Source of the DNA: an uncultured Planctomycetota bacterium
Lineage (GTDB): Bacteria; Planctomycetota; Planctomycetia; Isosphaerales; Isosphaeraceae
Assembly (NCBI GenBank): GCA_963823665.1
Contig: CAWGMQ010000003.1
Coordinates: 992,001-1,056,000, forward strand
DNA length: 64,000 bases
Direction of reading: 5' to 3'
In this document: piece by piece, positions 10,524 through 21,100 of the stretch
Numbering within the stretch: position 1 is the stretch's first letter
Layout of the letters: each line of letters starts with the position of its first letter
The notes under the pieces: model-generated
The model's database searches: none
What the model was told of the DNA's origin: nothing
The model's input: the letters and a program-made list of their open reading frames with translations, nothing else
Position numbers and translations under genes: made by a program

Positions 10524-11022
10524 CTGGCGGATCGAACGATTCGACCGCGGGCATGTGCGAGAGGGCTTCGACTGCGGCAAGCCTTCTCTCAATGACTTCC
10601 TGCATTCGCTCGTCAGCCGGTACGAGAAGCGCGACCTGGGACGCACTTATGTCGCTTTCCAGGAGGGCGATCCGCGTGTGCTGGGCTACTACACCCTGGC
10701 GAGCGGGGCAGTCGGCGCGGAGAGCCTGCCTGCGAAACAAGCCAAGAAACTTCCTCGGCACGCCGTGCCGGTTGTTCTGCTCGCGCGGCTGGCGGTTGAC
10801 CGAGGTGCGCAGGGAAAAGGCCTGGGCGGCTTCCTGCTTCGCGATGCACTGACTCGATCGCTCGACCTGGCGGAAAAAGTCGGAATTCATGCGGTTGTCG
10901 TCGACGCACTCGACGCCGTGGCCAAGTCGCTCTACGAGCGATTCGGGTTCTTGCCGTTGACCGACGATGTGATGCGTGTTTTCCTGCCCCTTAGCACGCT
11001 CAGGTCCGCCGCAAAGACGTGA
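10516..11022 (+). CDS. GNAT acetyltransferase toxin (AtaT/TacT-like)
   Basis: FDCGKPSLNDFL, GYYTL, LARLAVDRGAQGKGLG, VVVDALD and YERFGF motifs. Confidence 0.9.
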   Translation: MADWRIERFDRGHVREGFDCGKPSLNDFLHSLVSRYEKRDLGRTYVAFQEGDPRVLGYYTLASGAVGAESLPAKQAKKLPRHAVPVVLLARLAVDRGAQGKGLGGFLLRDALTRSLDLAEKVGIHAVVVDALDAVAKSLYERFGFLPLTDDVMRVFLPLSTLRSAAKT

Positions 11023-11097
11023 GATGCGCCGGGGCCATCGCCGTGGGCGACCCTTTTGATTCCGCTGCGCCCGGCGCGGAGTATAATCGCGCGAATC

Positions 11098-14059
11098 ATG
11101 AGCCGGATTTCCGCCTTCATCAGCTACAGCCACGATTCGCCCGAGCACAGCGCCCGAGTGCTGGCTTTCGCGCAGGCACTGCGAGCGAACGGTATCGACG
11201 TCGAGCTCGACCAGTTCCACGCCGAAGAGATCGTCGATTGGCCGCGCTGGTGCAACGAGCAGACCAGCCGCGAGTTCAACAACTTTGTGCTCTGCGTTTG
11301 CACGGCCGAGTATCGGCGCCGCATCGACGGCCACGTCGCGCCGGAAGCAGGGAAGGGAGTCTACTGGGAGGGAAGTCTCCTTGACGACGAAGTCTACGAT
11401 GCCAAAGGAAACCGGCGGATCGTTCCGATCCTATTTGATGATGATTCGGAAAGCGCGATCCCGCGGTTCCTGAGCGGCTGGACGCGCTGCGACGTCAAGG
11501 AGTTTGTGCTCGACGATGCGGGCTTCGAGCAACTGCTGCGAATTCTGACTGGGCAATCGAAGGTGGTGAAGCAGCCGCTTGGGCCAATCCCGATCTTGCC
11601 CTCGCAAGCCGCCGGAGCACCGGCACGCACGCGAGTCGCTGAACAGGAGAACGAGAGGACCCAGCGCGAGCCGCCCCGAGTCGCGCCCTCCAGGCTCACG
11701 CACGTCGCTGAGCGGTTGTTCGGACGGGAGGACGAATTCGCAAAACTCGACGCAGCCTGGAAGCCCGGGTCGGGAGTTCGCGTCATTACAATCGTGGCGT
11801 GGGGAGGTGTGGGAAAAACATCGCTCGTGGCGAAATGGGCCGCGACGCTGGCGGCGCGCGATTACGATGGGGCCGACTACCTCGACTGGTCGTTCTACAG
11901 CCAGGGGGCGCGATCAGGCGGGCGCGTCGGCCGACCAATTCATTCAGGCCGCGCTCGAGTTCTTCGGCGATAGCGCAAAGGCGCATAGCCCCGCTTCGGC
12001 GTGGGACAAGGGAGCGCGGCTGGCGCAATTGGTCGCACAGAGCAGGACGCTGCTGATCCTCGACGGGCTGGAACCGCTCCAGCATCCCCCTGGCCCTCAA
12101 GCCGGCGAGCTCAAGGACCCGGCTGTCGTGGCCCTGTTGCGGGGGCTGGCGGGGAACAACCCGGGCCTGTGCGTTGTGACCTCGCGCGAGCGTGTAGCAG
12201 ATCTGGCCCAATTCCGCGACATCACTGCGCCGGAGTGGAAGCTCGAGCATCTTTCAAACGTCGCGGGCGCCGCCTTGCTCAAGAACCTCGGCGTCAAGGG
12301 GGCCGGCGATGAATTCACGCGGCTCGTGACTGACATGCACGGGCACGCCCTCACGCTGCAATTGCTCGGCCGATTCATTGTTGATGCCTACGACGATAAG
12401 GACATCCGTCATTACAAAGAAGTGAAGTTCGAGGAGGCTGACCTGGAGGGTCAGGGCCGCTCGGCGTTCAAGGTGATGGTCGCGTACGAGCGCTGGTTGC
12501 AATCGGCCGGACCGGAGGGGGAGCGAGAGCTGGCGCTCTTGCGGCTCACCGGGCTGTTCAACCGGCCAATGTCACGCGATTGCCTGCAAGCCTTGCGCAC
12601 CGAGCCGGCGATTCCCGGCCTGACGGACTCGCTGGTGAAACTGAAAGAGCCGCAGTGGAACGTCGCCCTGAAGCGATTGAGCGAAGTCGATCTGCTGACG
12701 CTATCTCCCGACGCCATCGACGCCCATCCGCTGATCCGTGAATACTTCGCCAAGCAGCTCCGCGACACTCAGCCCGCCGCGTTCCAGACCGCGCACTCGC
12801 GGCTGTTCGATTATTTGTGCGACACGACGCCCTACCACCCCGATTCGCTCGATGGCCTGCAACCGCTGTACGAGGCAGTCGTCCACGGCTGCCTCGCCGG
12901 GCGCCAGCAGGAGGCGTGCATCAAGGTCTACCGCGACCGCATCCTGCGCGGCACGCGGAACGATGGTTTCTACAGCACGAGAATACTCGGTGCGATCGGG
13001 GCCGACCTCGCGGCGGTGGCGGCGTTCTTCGACGAGCCTTGGGGCCGCGTCTCGTCGAATCTCGCCGAAGCCGAACAGGCCTGGCTGAGAGCGGTCGCCG
13101 CTGTCAGTCTCCGGGCCCTCGGCCGCTTGAAGGAGGCGCTTCAACCAATTCGAACCGGGCTGGAAATTGAGGTTCGGCGCAACGATTGGCTGAACGCCGC
13201 GATAAGTGCTAGCAATCTCAGCGAGCTGGAGTTGACGCTGGGCCGGATGACGGACGCCGTGGCCGTTGCCCGCCGTTCGATCACCTACGCCGACCACAGC
13301 GGCGATGAGGGCCAGCGGATGATTAACAGCACCACGGCGGCGGTTGCATTGCACCAGTCGGGTCAGCGGGCCGAAGCGGGCATGCTTTTCGCCGATGCCG
13401 AACGAATGCAGAAGGAAAGGCAACCGGAGTTCGATACGCTCTACTCGGTGCAAGGCTTCCAATGGTGCGACTGGCTCCTGGTCCCCGCCGAACGCGCCGC
13501 GTGGCAGGCCTTGCTCCACGGTACAGGATGCCGGTTTGTGATCGACAAGCACGGCGAAGACCTGGCAGCTACGATTTGCGATGAAGTCGAACATCGTGCG
13601 ACAACGACGCTGAAGTGGATGATTGACCGTCGAGGGCCCCTCCTGAGTATCGCCCTCGATCACTTGACGCTGGCTCGAGTCGGGCTGATTCGGGCGATTC
13701 TGTCTGACCCGCTGCCGCAGCCGGCGCTCGACCTGCCGCGTGTCGACGCCTCCATCAACGGTCTCGGCGCCGCGGGAACCTCCCACTACATACCGAGAGG
13801 CCTCCTCACCGCCGCGCTCTATCACTTCGTCCGCGGCGATGCCGCGTCGGCCCGGACGGCCCTCGACCAGGCCCAGGAGATCGCCGAGCGCGGCCCGATG
13901 CCGCTCTACCTTGCCGACATCCACCTCCATCGCGCCCGCCTCTTCCGCGATCAGGCCGAGCTCGCCAAGGCCCGCGACCTCATCCAGAAGCACGGCTACG
14001 GGCGACGCAGCGAGGAGCTGGAAGACGCCGAAGCAGCCGCCAAGAGCTGGCCCGCATAA
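11098..14059 (+). CDS. SEFIR-STAND NTPase-TPR protein, copy 2 (frameshift ~11910)
   Basis: Same architecture as copy 1 with Walker A AWGGVGKTS. A 2-nt loss in a CG run (GCGCGAT vs GCGCGCGAT) splits ORFs 11056-11973 and 11579-14059. Confidence 0.85.
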
Positions 14060-14136
14060 GCAATCTCGCATGGCCCGCATCAGGGCTTGACCGTGACGAG
14101 GTGGCGTGAGAGGTTGATCCGCGTGTTAGTGACGAA

Positions 14137-14553
14137 ATGCACTCGGACAACCTTGCGACCTCAATCCAGAACAACCACACAATGAACGACGGAGACCACG
14201 CAATGTTCAAAGGCAAGGCAGAACTGACCGACCCCGAGAAAGGCGACGTGGTGGCGACATTCACGGAGACCTGCTATGACGACGGCGCAGCGGCCGCCAC
14301 CGTCCGCCTCCGAACTCCGATCACGCTTCAAGGCACCGAGCTCCTCGAAATCGTCGGCACGGTGACGCCGGCGCCGATGATCTCCGTAGGGGCAAGCGAC
14401 CCCGCCGGAACCGAGATCTGCGAATTCCACGGGAAAAGCGCAATCGGCTGCATCCCGGACGGCGCAGACCTCACCTTGGTAAAAAGCCCAGGCGGCCCAC
14501 TCGGGACCCTGCTCGTCGTCATTGGAAAAGGAACGGTCCATCGGTCGAGCTAG
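14137..14553 (+). CDS. Hypothetical beta-rich protein
   Basis: 138-aa ORF; an internal part is also kept as a remnant at ~7373-7497. Confidence 0.55.
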   Translation: MHSDNLATSIQNNHTMNDGDHAMFKGKAELTDPEKGDVVATFTETCYDDGAAAATVRLRTPITLQGTELLEIVGTVTPAPMISVGASDPAGTEICEFHGKSAIGCIPDGADLTLVKSPGGPLGTLLVVIGKGTVHRSS

Positions 14554-14671
14554 ATTCAATCGACCGGCCACCTGACCAAGGCAGACTCGCCGTGGGTGTG
14601 CAAGCTCGCTAGGATAGTGGGCACAGATGCTCGATTCTCCAGTGCGGGCCCGTGCACAAGGAGTGAACGCG

Positions 14672-16474
14672 ATGCGTACCCGGTGGGGGGCTGTCGCAGG
14701 GGTGGCCCTGGTCGTCTTCGCTTCGACCTGCTGGTCAGCCGAACCCATCAACTTGAAAGTGCTCTACGCGGGCGATCCCAAGAGCGATCGTACCGCCGAC
14801 TTTCGGTCCTTCCTGGAGAAGCACTTCACCGGAGTCGGCCTGGCCGATTATCTGTCGCTCCGGCAGGCGGACACCAAGGGCTACGACGTCGTCATCCTGG
14901 ACTGGCCGGACTTACCACCGCGCGAGGCCGGGGTGTTCAAAGTTCCGGCGCTCTCTCGCGATTACGATCGACCGACCATCCTGATCGGCGGCGGGACTCT
15001 CGGAGTGGGGCGGAGCCAGCAACTGAAGCTCGACGACCTGTGCATTTGCCTGGGGGACGCTGCGCACGGCATCGTGACCACTCACGAAATCTTTCGCACA
15101 CCAAATGATGTCCGTCTCACTTTCGAAAATCGCCCGGTCCCCGTGTCTTATCGCAGTTGGCCGATCGGGGAGCGACTTGGTGAGACGATGAAGGTCTGGA
15201 GAGTCCAGAAGAGGGGATGGTCGGCCGAGCGCCCGGACGATCTTTCATACCTGCCGGGAATGGTCTCCGACCCCTGCGGCTTCCTCGATTCTCCGGACTG
15301 CGAATTCATGGCCAGTGGGCTCAACATGAAGAGTCCGGAGGCCGTCGCGATCGGCCGCCAGGGGAATTTCCTCCTCTGGGGTTTCTACTCGCCGCCCTCC
15401 GATCTGACGCCCGAGGCTCGTCATTGCTTCGTCAACGCGATCTGCTACATCAAGAAGTTTGACGGCCAGGTGCCGCTGGTGCGCAAGACGCAACGAGGTG
15501 TCGCGAGCGCGAGGCAACGGGCTCTTGTCTATGCCGCCGATTTCAAGATGATCCTGGATCGGGAATGGTTCATCGGAACTCAGCCCGAATCGATCCGCAA
15601 GGACCCGGCGAAAATCGCCGAGCTCCATCGCGAGCGGGTGCAACAGTATCAAGACCACTTCCCGGAGGAATTGCGGCGGGCATTCGGGAACGACTCTGAA
15701 CAGTACATCAAGTATTACCAGGATAATCTGGAGTTCCTCGGCCCCGTGGGAGGCCCCGGCTTCCCCCTGGCGGTGGATGAAGACGTGAAGGCACTCGGAT
15801 TGTCCAATCGCAAAGTCGAACTCCTCGACCGATGTATCTCCATGCTCGAGCATGGAGAGCAGCCCGATCGAGCCCTGCGAGTCCTCAAACGTTATACGAG
15901 CGAGGACTTCGCCGACGCCAAGGTCTGGCGATCGTGGCTTCTCGCCCATCGAGACCGAATGTTCTTCACCGACGTCGGCGGCTTCAAGTTCATGATCGCG
16001 CCCGAATCAATGCGCGGTGCGTCGAGCACGGCGCCCCTTCGTCCCGAGCCGGACCCGGAACATCCGGTCGCATCATATGCCGAATTGTTGCCACGGAAGG
16101 TCATTGCCGGCGAAACTCTCGACCTCGTCGTTCGAGTCAAAACGGCGCCGACCTGGCACATCTACGCGACCACGGGATCGAAAGGCCCCGGCATCCCGAC
16201 GGCCCTGAAACTGGAAACGCCCAAGGGCATCAGGCCCGAAGGTGAATGGATCGGCCCCGAGCCCAGCCGCGGCCTGGATGGCCAGATGATTCATGAAGGG
16301 ACTTTCGAGTTCCGCCGCAAACTGCGAGTCAAATCGGATGCGGCCCTGGGTTCAATCCGGGTCTTGTGCGAGTTCAGCTACCAAGCCTGCAACTTACGCG
16401 CGTGCCAGCCGCCGGCCAAGGATAACCTCGAGGCCACAGCCACGATCATCGGGCGATCGCGCACCGCACCGTAG
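14672..16474 (+). CDS. Secreted protein with C-terminal DsbD-N (Ig-like) domain
   Basis: RBS AGGAG, signal peptide MRTRWG...STCWSA; C-terminal WHIYA...IPTALKL...YQACNLRACQPP. Confidence 0.75.
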   Translation: MRTRWGAVAGVALVVFASTCWSAEPINLKVLYAGDPKSDRTADFRSFLEKHFTGVGLADYLSLRQADTKGYDVVILDWPDLPPREAGVFKVPALSRDYDRPTILIGGGTLGVGRSQQLKLDDLCICLGDAAHGIVTTHEIFRTPNDVRLTFENRPVPVSYRSWPIGERLGETMKVWRVQKRGWSAERPDDLSYLPGMVSDPCGFLDSPDCEFMASGLNMKSPEAVAIGRQGNFLLWGFYSPPSDLTPEARHCFVNAICYIKKFDGQVPLVRKTQRGVASARQRALVYAADFKMILDREWFIGTQPESIRKDPAKIAELHRERVQQYQDHFPEELRRAFGNDSEQYIKYYQDNLEFLGPVGGPGFPLAVDEDVKALGLSNRKVELLDRCISMLEHGEQPDRALRVLKRYTSEDFADAKVWRSWLLAHRDRMFFTDVGGFKFMIAPESMRGASSTAPLRPEPDPEHPVASYAELLPRKVIAGETLDLVVRVKTAPTWHIYATTGSKGPGIPTALKLETPKGIRPEGEWIGPEPSRGLDGQMIHEGTFEFRRKLRVKSDAALGSIRVLCEFSYQACNLRACQPPAKDNLEATATIIGRSRTAP

Positions 16475-16482
16475 CCATCACG

Positions 16483-18111
16483 TCATCGAGTGCGAGCGTT
16501 CGAGTCGGCACCGTGGGCGAGAAGCCATTGCACCGCGTCCGCCTTGCCCTTCCTGGCGAAGTACATGAGCAGCGTGCCGTCATTCTCATCTCGCGCATCG
16601 AGATCGGCCCCGCCTGCGGCCAGCAGCTCCATGACCGGAATCGGATCGGCTTTGGAACGTGTCTTCGTCAAATGCAACAGCGGCGTCACGCCGTTTTCGT
16701 CGAGCGCGTCTACGTTGGCGCCGCGCTTGAGCAGCAATTGGATCAGCGGGAGCTTACCGCCGCGCACGGCGTAGTGCAGCGCGGTCAGACCATAACGCCC
16801 GCGGTCGTCGAGGCCCGCGCCGTAATCCAGCAGCACCGTGACGCGGTGTACTTCGTTGCTGCTCACATCCGGGCGGCAGGCGCGCGGCAGCATCCAGTCC
16901 GGCACTTTCTTGCCGCTGGCGATGAGCAGATCGGCGACGGGGCGCTCGGCGTCGTCCAGGCGGCCGAGAAACGCCGTTCGCTGGACATCGGCACCGTGTT
17001 CGATCAGGAGTTTCACGAGGTCCACGCGGTTCATGACGACCGCGAGCGTGAGCAGCTTACCGCTGTGCCGCGTCACCTCGGCCCCGCACTCGAGCAGCAG
17101 CTTCGCGGCGTCCATGCTGCCGCCGCAGACCGCATGGCAAAGGGGCGAGACTTCCTGGAAGTCATCAGCCGGATCGATGGCATGGACGAGATCCGGATTG
17201 CGATCGAGATGGCCGCGGAGCGCGGTCAGGTCGCCCAGCCAGGCCGCGGTGAAAACGTCGTCGATGGCGCCATGCTCGAGCAAGGGTGCTACAAACGCCG
17301 GCCGCCATTTTCGGGCAATCGCCAGTGGAGTGACCGCGACGCCGGTTCCCAGTTGGACCACGTCGCAGGCCATGGTCGCACGCAAAGGATCGCACGCGGG
17401 CGTATTGCAGTCGGCGCCGGCTTCGAGTACCAGCTCGAGGATTTTCGGGCGGTTGCGGTACGTGGCGACCCAGGCCAAAGTGCGGTTATCCGTGCCGCGC
17501 CGGCTTGTGAGCCAGCGGTCTTGCTCGAGCGCGTTGCGGATGATTTCCGTACGTCCCTTGGCGGCATCGCCCAGGAGCTTTTCAAACAGCACCTGAGCCC
17601 GATCCTGGACAGCATCGCAGCCTTTGCGAAGGTCGCTCGAGCTCGTCTCGGGACTGTGAATCATGGCTTCGGCAATGCGCGCGAGCGGAGGCATGATTTG
17701 CTCCGCGTCGAGACCGCGGGCAACCAGGGCCTCGCGCATGCAGCGCAGCCACGCCGCCGCCGCTTCGGGGCTGATGTAGCGATGCTGGTGCCGCCGCAGG
17801 AGGCCGCCTTCGAGATCGTCCGCGTAGCCGCGGCGGCCGAGGAACCACTGGATGAAGAAGGAAGTTGCCGCTGCGCTGTTGAAGTGCGGAAACGCCACAC
17901 TGAGCAGCTCGTCCTCCTCGATGCGGCGATAGAGGTCCTGGATCAAGGCGGTCACGCCGTCACTGCCGCCCAGGGCCTTGCCGAACTCCGCGCCGGGATA
18001 CATGACGAGTGGTTCCCCGCGATGGCGCAATTCCTTGTGAATTGCGTCTTGGGCCTGGCGTGAGATCGGGCGCGGGCTGGCGTCGGTGTGAAGCTGACGG
18101 ATGTGGGGCAT
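16483..18111 (-). CDS. Truncated haemoglobin (group II-like) fused to ankyrin repeats
   Basis: GGSDGVTALIQDLYRRI...LLRRHQH...[11 protein letters not shown] followed by ankyrin motifs (TALHYAVRGG, TPLLHL, GADLDARD). Confidence 0.8.
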   Translation of the reverse strand: MPHIRQLHTDASPRPISRQAQDAIHKELRHRGEPLVMYPGAEFGKALGGSDGVTALIQDLYRRIEEDELLSVAFPHFNSAAATSFFIQWFLGRRGYADDLEGGLLRRHQHRYISPEAAAAWLRCMREALVARGLDAEQIMPPLARIAEAMIHSPETSSSDLRKGCDAVQDRAQVLFEKLLGDAAKGRTEIIRNALEQDRWLTSRRGTDNRTLAWVATYRNRPKILELVLEAGADCNTPACDPLRATMACDVVQLGTGVAVTPLAIARKWRPAFVAPLLEHGAIDDVFTAAWLGDLTALRGHLDRNPDLVHAIDPADDFQEVSPLCHAVCGGSMDAAKLLLECGAEVTRHSGKLLTLAVVMNRVDLVKLLIEHGADVQRTAFLGRLDDAERPVADLLIASGKKVPDWMLPRACRPDVSSNEVHRVTVLLDYGAGLDDRGRYGLTALHYAVRGGKLPLIQLLLKRGANVDALDENGVTPLLHLTKTRSKADPIPVMELLAAGGADLDARDENDGTLLMYFARKGKADAVQWLLAHGADSNARTR

Positions 18112-18144
18112 GTCGTATTCCCAGTTACTCAGACGGCTTTCGCC

Positions 18145-21100
18145 TTATCGCAACCGCGTTGGCATTTCGGTTGTCGGCGCGAAGATGTCGGCAGGCAGAT
18201 CGTCGAATGAACCGGCCAGAACGGCCTCGGCCTCGGCGCGGAACGCTGTCAGTTCCTTGGCCTGCAACTCGGGCAGGCTCTTCTGTGCTGCCAGCCAGCG
18301 CACGGCTTGGTCGTAGAGACGATGTGCCTCTTGGTGGCGTCCTTCCTGGTGATGGGCCATCGCCAGAAAGAGGAGGTCATAGGGTGGGATCCCGCTGCTG
18401 CCGGCGGCACAGCTTCGATTCAGAGCCTCGATGGCTTCCGTATACCGGCCCGCGCGATAGAGAGCCACGCCCAGAGTATTGAGAATGAGCGGCGAGCTGT
18501 GCGCCAGTGCGACGGCTCGCCGCGCCAGCAAGACTGCACGCTCGGGGTCACGCTGAATGAACGGGCCGGTCGCCTCAACCCAGGCACGCTCGTTGAGCGC
18601 GTCCGGGTTGCTCGGTAGCAATGTCCCGGCTTTCTCCCGATCGGCACCGGCTTGCTCGTGGTCCCCGAGCGCGTCGCGGACGATGCCGCGGAGGTCGTAC
18701 AGCGCGAAGTTGTCCGGGCCCTTCGAGATGAGGAAGTCGAGATCGGCCAGCGCCTCGCGGTGCCGGCCCAGCCGGATCAGGGCCCGCGCCCGGCTGTAGC
18801 GAGCAACGTCCAGATCGGGGCTTACAGCGAGGACACGGCCAAAGTCGTCCGCGGCCAGGCCGGGCTGTGCAAGGGCCAGGGCGACCAGACCGCGCTGGAA
18901 TCGGGCCTCGTGATCGTCAGGTGCTCGTTCGAGCAAGCGGTTGAAGGCGCGCAGCGCGCCGGCCTGCCTTCCCGTTTCCTGATAAGCCTCGGCCAGAAGC
19001 CAGCACGCATCGGCATCGCCGGGACGCAGCCGAAACAGACGCTCAAGGTCGGCGATCGCTTCGGGCCACTTCTTCTGCTGCGTGAACCGCCAGCCGCGGC
19101 GAATCAGGGCTTCGGCATCGTCCGGCGCGACGGCGAGCCGCCGGTCCAGCTCGGTCAATTCGGTGGCGCGAGCGGCATTGGGCTCGACCACTTCCCCGAC
19201 GACCTGCACCGGCCGTGGTGCCGGTGCGGGGCCAGACACTTCCGTCGCGGCCAAGGCGATCGGATAGGGCGGTGCTTCCCAGTCCAGGCCGCGGGAGGCG
19301 AGCTGCTCGCGGATCTGCCGCAGGTCCCACAGCAGCGCGGTCTTCTGGTCGGTGCGGCCGACCAGCTTCGTACCGTCGGGGCTGAAGGCCAGCGGCGTGG
19401 GGGTTACCGACTGCAAGGTCGTTAGCCGCGCCAGCTCCCGGCCGGTCGCTACGTCGGCCAGCATCACCTGGTCGGGCGCTATCCCCATGGCCATCATCCG
19501 GCCGTCGCCGGTAAACGCCGGCGGTTGCAACGCCATCCCGCTGCGTTTTTGATCAATCCGTCGTTCCAGGGCCCACGTCCCCACGCGCCAGAAGTGGTAA
19601 GAGGTTCTGCCCGCATCGGGGCACGTGCACGAAACGAGCCAGCGGCCATCGGGGCTGAAGCCGGTGAAGAACTTCGTGTCACCGACGGCATCTTGGGGAC
19701 ACAGGATCCGCTCGAGCCGGCGCCGGTGCAAATCCCAAACTCGGGCCCCTGGCTCGTACCAACCGCCGACGGCCAACCACCGGCCATCCGGGCTGACGCC
19801 GACCATCTTCATTCGGTGACTGTTCCCGGCATCGAACGTGATTGCCCGGCTCCAAGCCGGGTGCGGGCGACTCGTATCGACGAGCAAGACCCGGGCGTTC
19901 GGGTTGTCGATGATCGCCAGGGTCCGATGATCGGGTAGCCAGGCCGCGTGATTGTCCACGGCGCCCGCGGTTTCCCTGAGGAGCTCGGGCGGTCCGACGC
20001 GGATTGCGTCCGGCCCGTGAGCGGGGTCCAGGCTGATCGGCCAGCGATACACGCCCCATATGCTGGCGCTGATCAAGCTCTGGCCGTCGGGGTGAAAGAG
20101 TACAGTTTCACACTCACCGGTCTTGAGATGGGCGAGCTCACATCCCGAGTCGGTCTCCCACAAGCGCACACCATCGAAGTCACAGGTCGCGACCAGGCGG
20201 CCGTCGGGGCTGAAGTCGGCCTGGCGCACTGCGCTGGCGTCTCGCCGCTCGGAGCGGTTGCCGAGCATCCCCGGGTGGAGCGTCCGGCACTCTGAAGCAG
20301 TGGCCACGTCCCAGACGCCGATCTCCCTGCGATTCTGGAATGCGAGCCGGCGGTCATCCGGCGCGAAGCCGCGCAGTCCCCCCGGCGCCGACATCAGTGG
20401 CTCCCCCGAGGCCGCATCCCAGAGCCGGGTCGTGGTATCCCAGCTTCCGGTCGCCAGCAGAAAACCTGTGTGCGCGAATTGTGCGCTGAGCACCTCGAGG
20501 GGGTGGCCCTCGAGGACCGAGGAGAGGGCCCCGTCGCGAACGTTCCAAACATAGACGCGAGGGTCACGCCCATAGTTGCCGACTGCCAGCAATTGCCCGT
20601 CGGCGCTCCAGGCGGTGGCGCCGATGCCGACGTGTGACGTCCAGTTCGCGAGCACCCGGCCGGTTTCCACCTCGAGTATCACCAACCGCGGCGATGCAAC
20701 GTCGGCGTTGTTGACGGCGAGCCGCCGGCCCGCGGGATCAATCGCATAATTACTCGGTCTGAAATCCAGCGGCAGCGAACGGACCACCCGGCGCTCGTCC
20801 CGGTCCCAGATGGCGATGCCCCCCTCCGGCGCAGCGAAGAGCGCGCGGCGGCTTGTCGGATGGAACACCGCGTATCCCCGGCTAGGCAGGCTCGCGAGCA
20901 GCTCGCGGCGACTCAGGTGCCACACCCGCAAGAGCGCGCCTCTGCCCCCCTTCAGGGCGTAGCGCGCAACCAGCAGCTCGCCGTCCGGGCTGAAGGCAGG
21001 CGAGGCCCACCAGAAATCGCGATGGTCCGGCCCCGGCAGGCGCATCAGCTCGCGGTCGCCATCGAGCCGGCACACGATGACCGCGCCCGAGCGGTCCACG

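Noticed and set aside
4395..14059. SEFIR paralogs as DGR targets, or as programmed frameshift genes
   Set aside because: Differences include many synonymous non-A changes. The frameshifts are at different positions in the two copies and lack slippery motifs.
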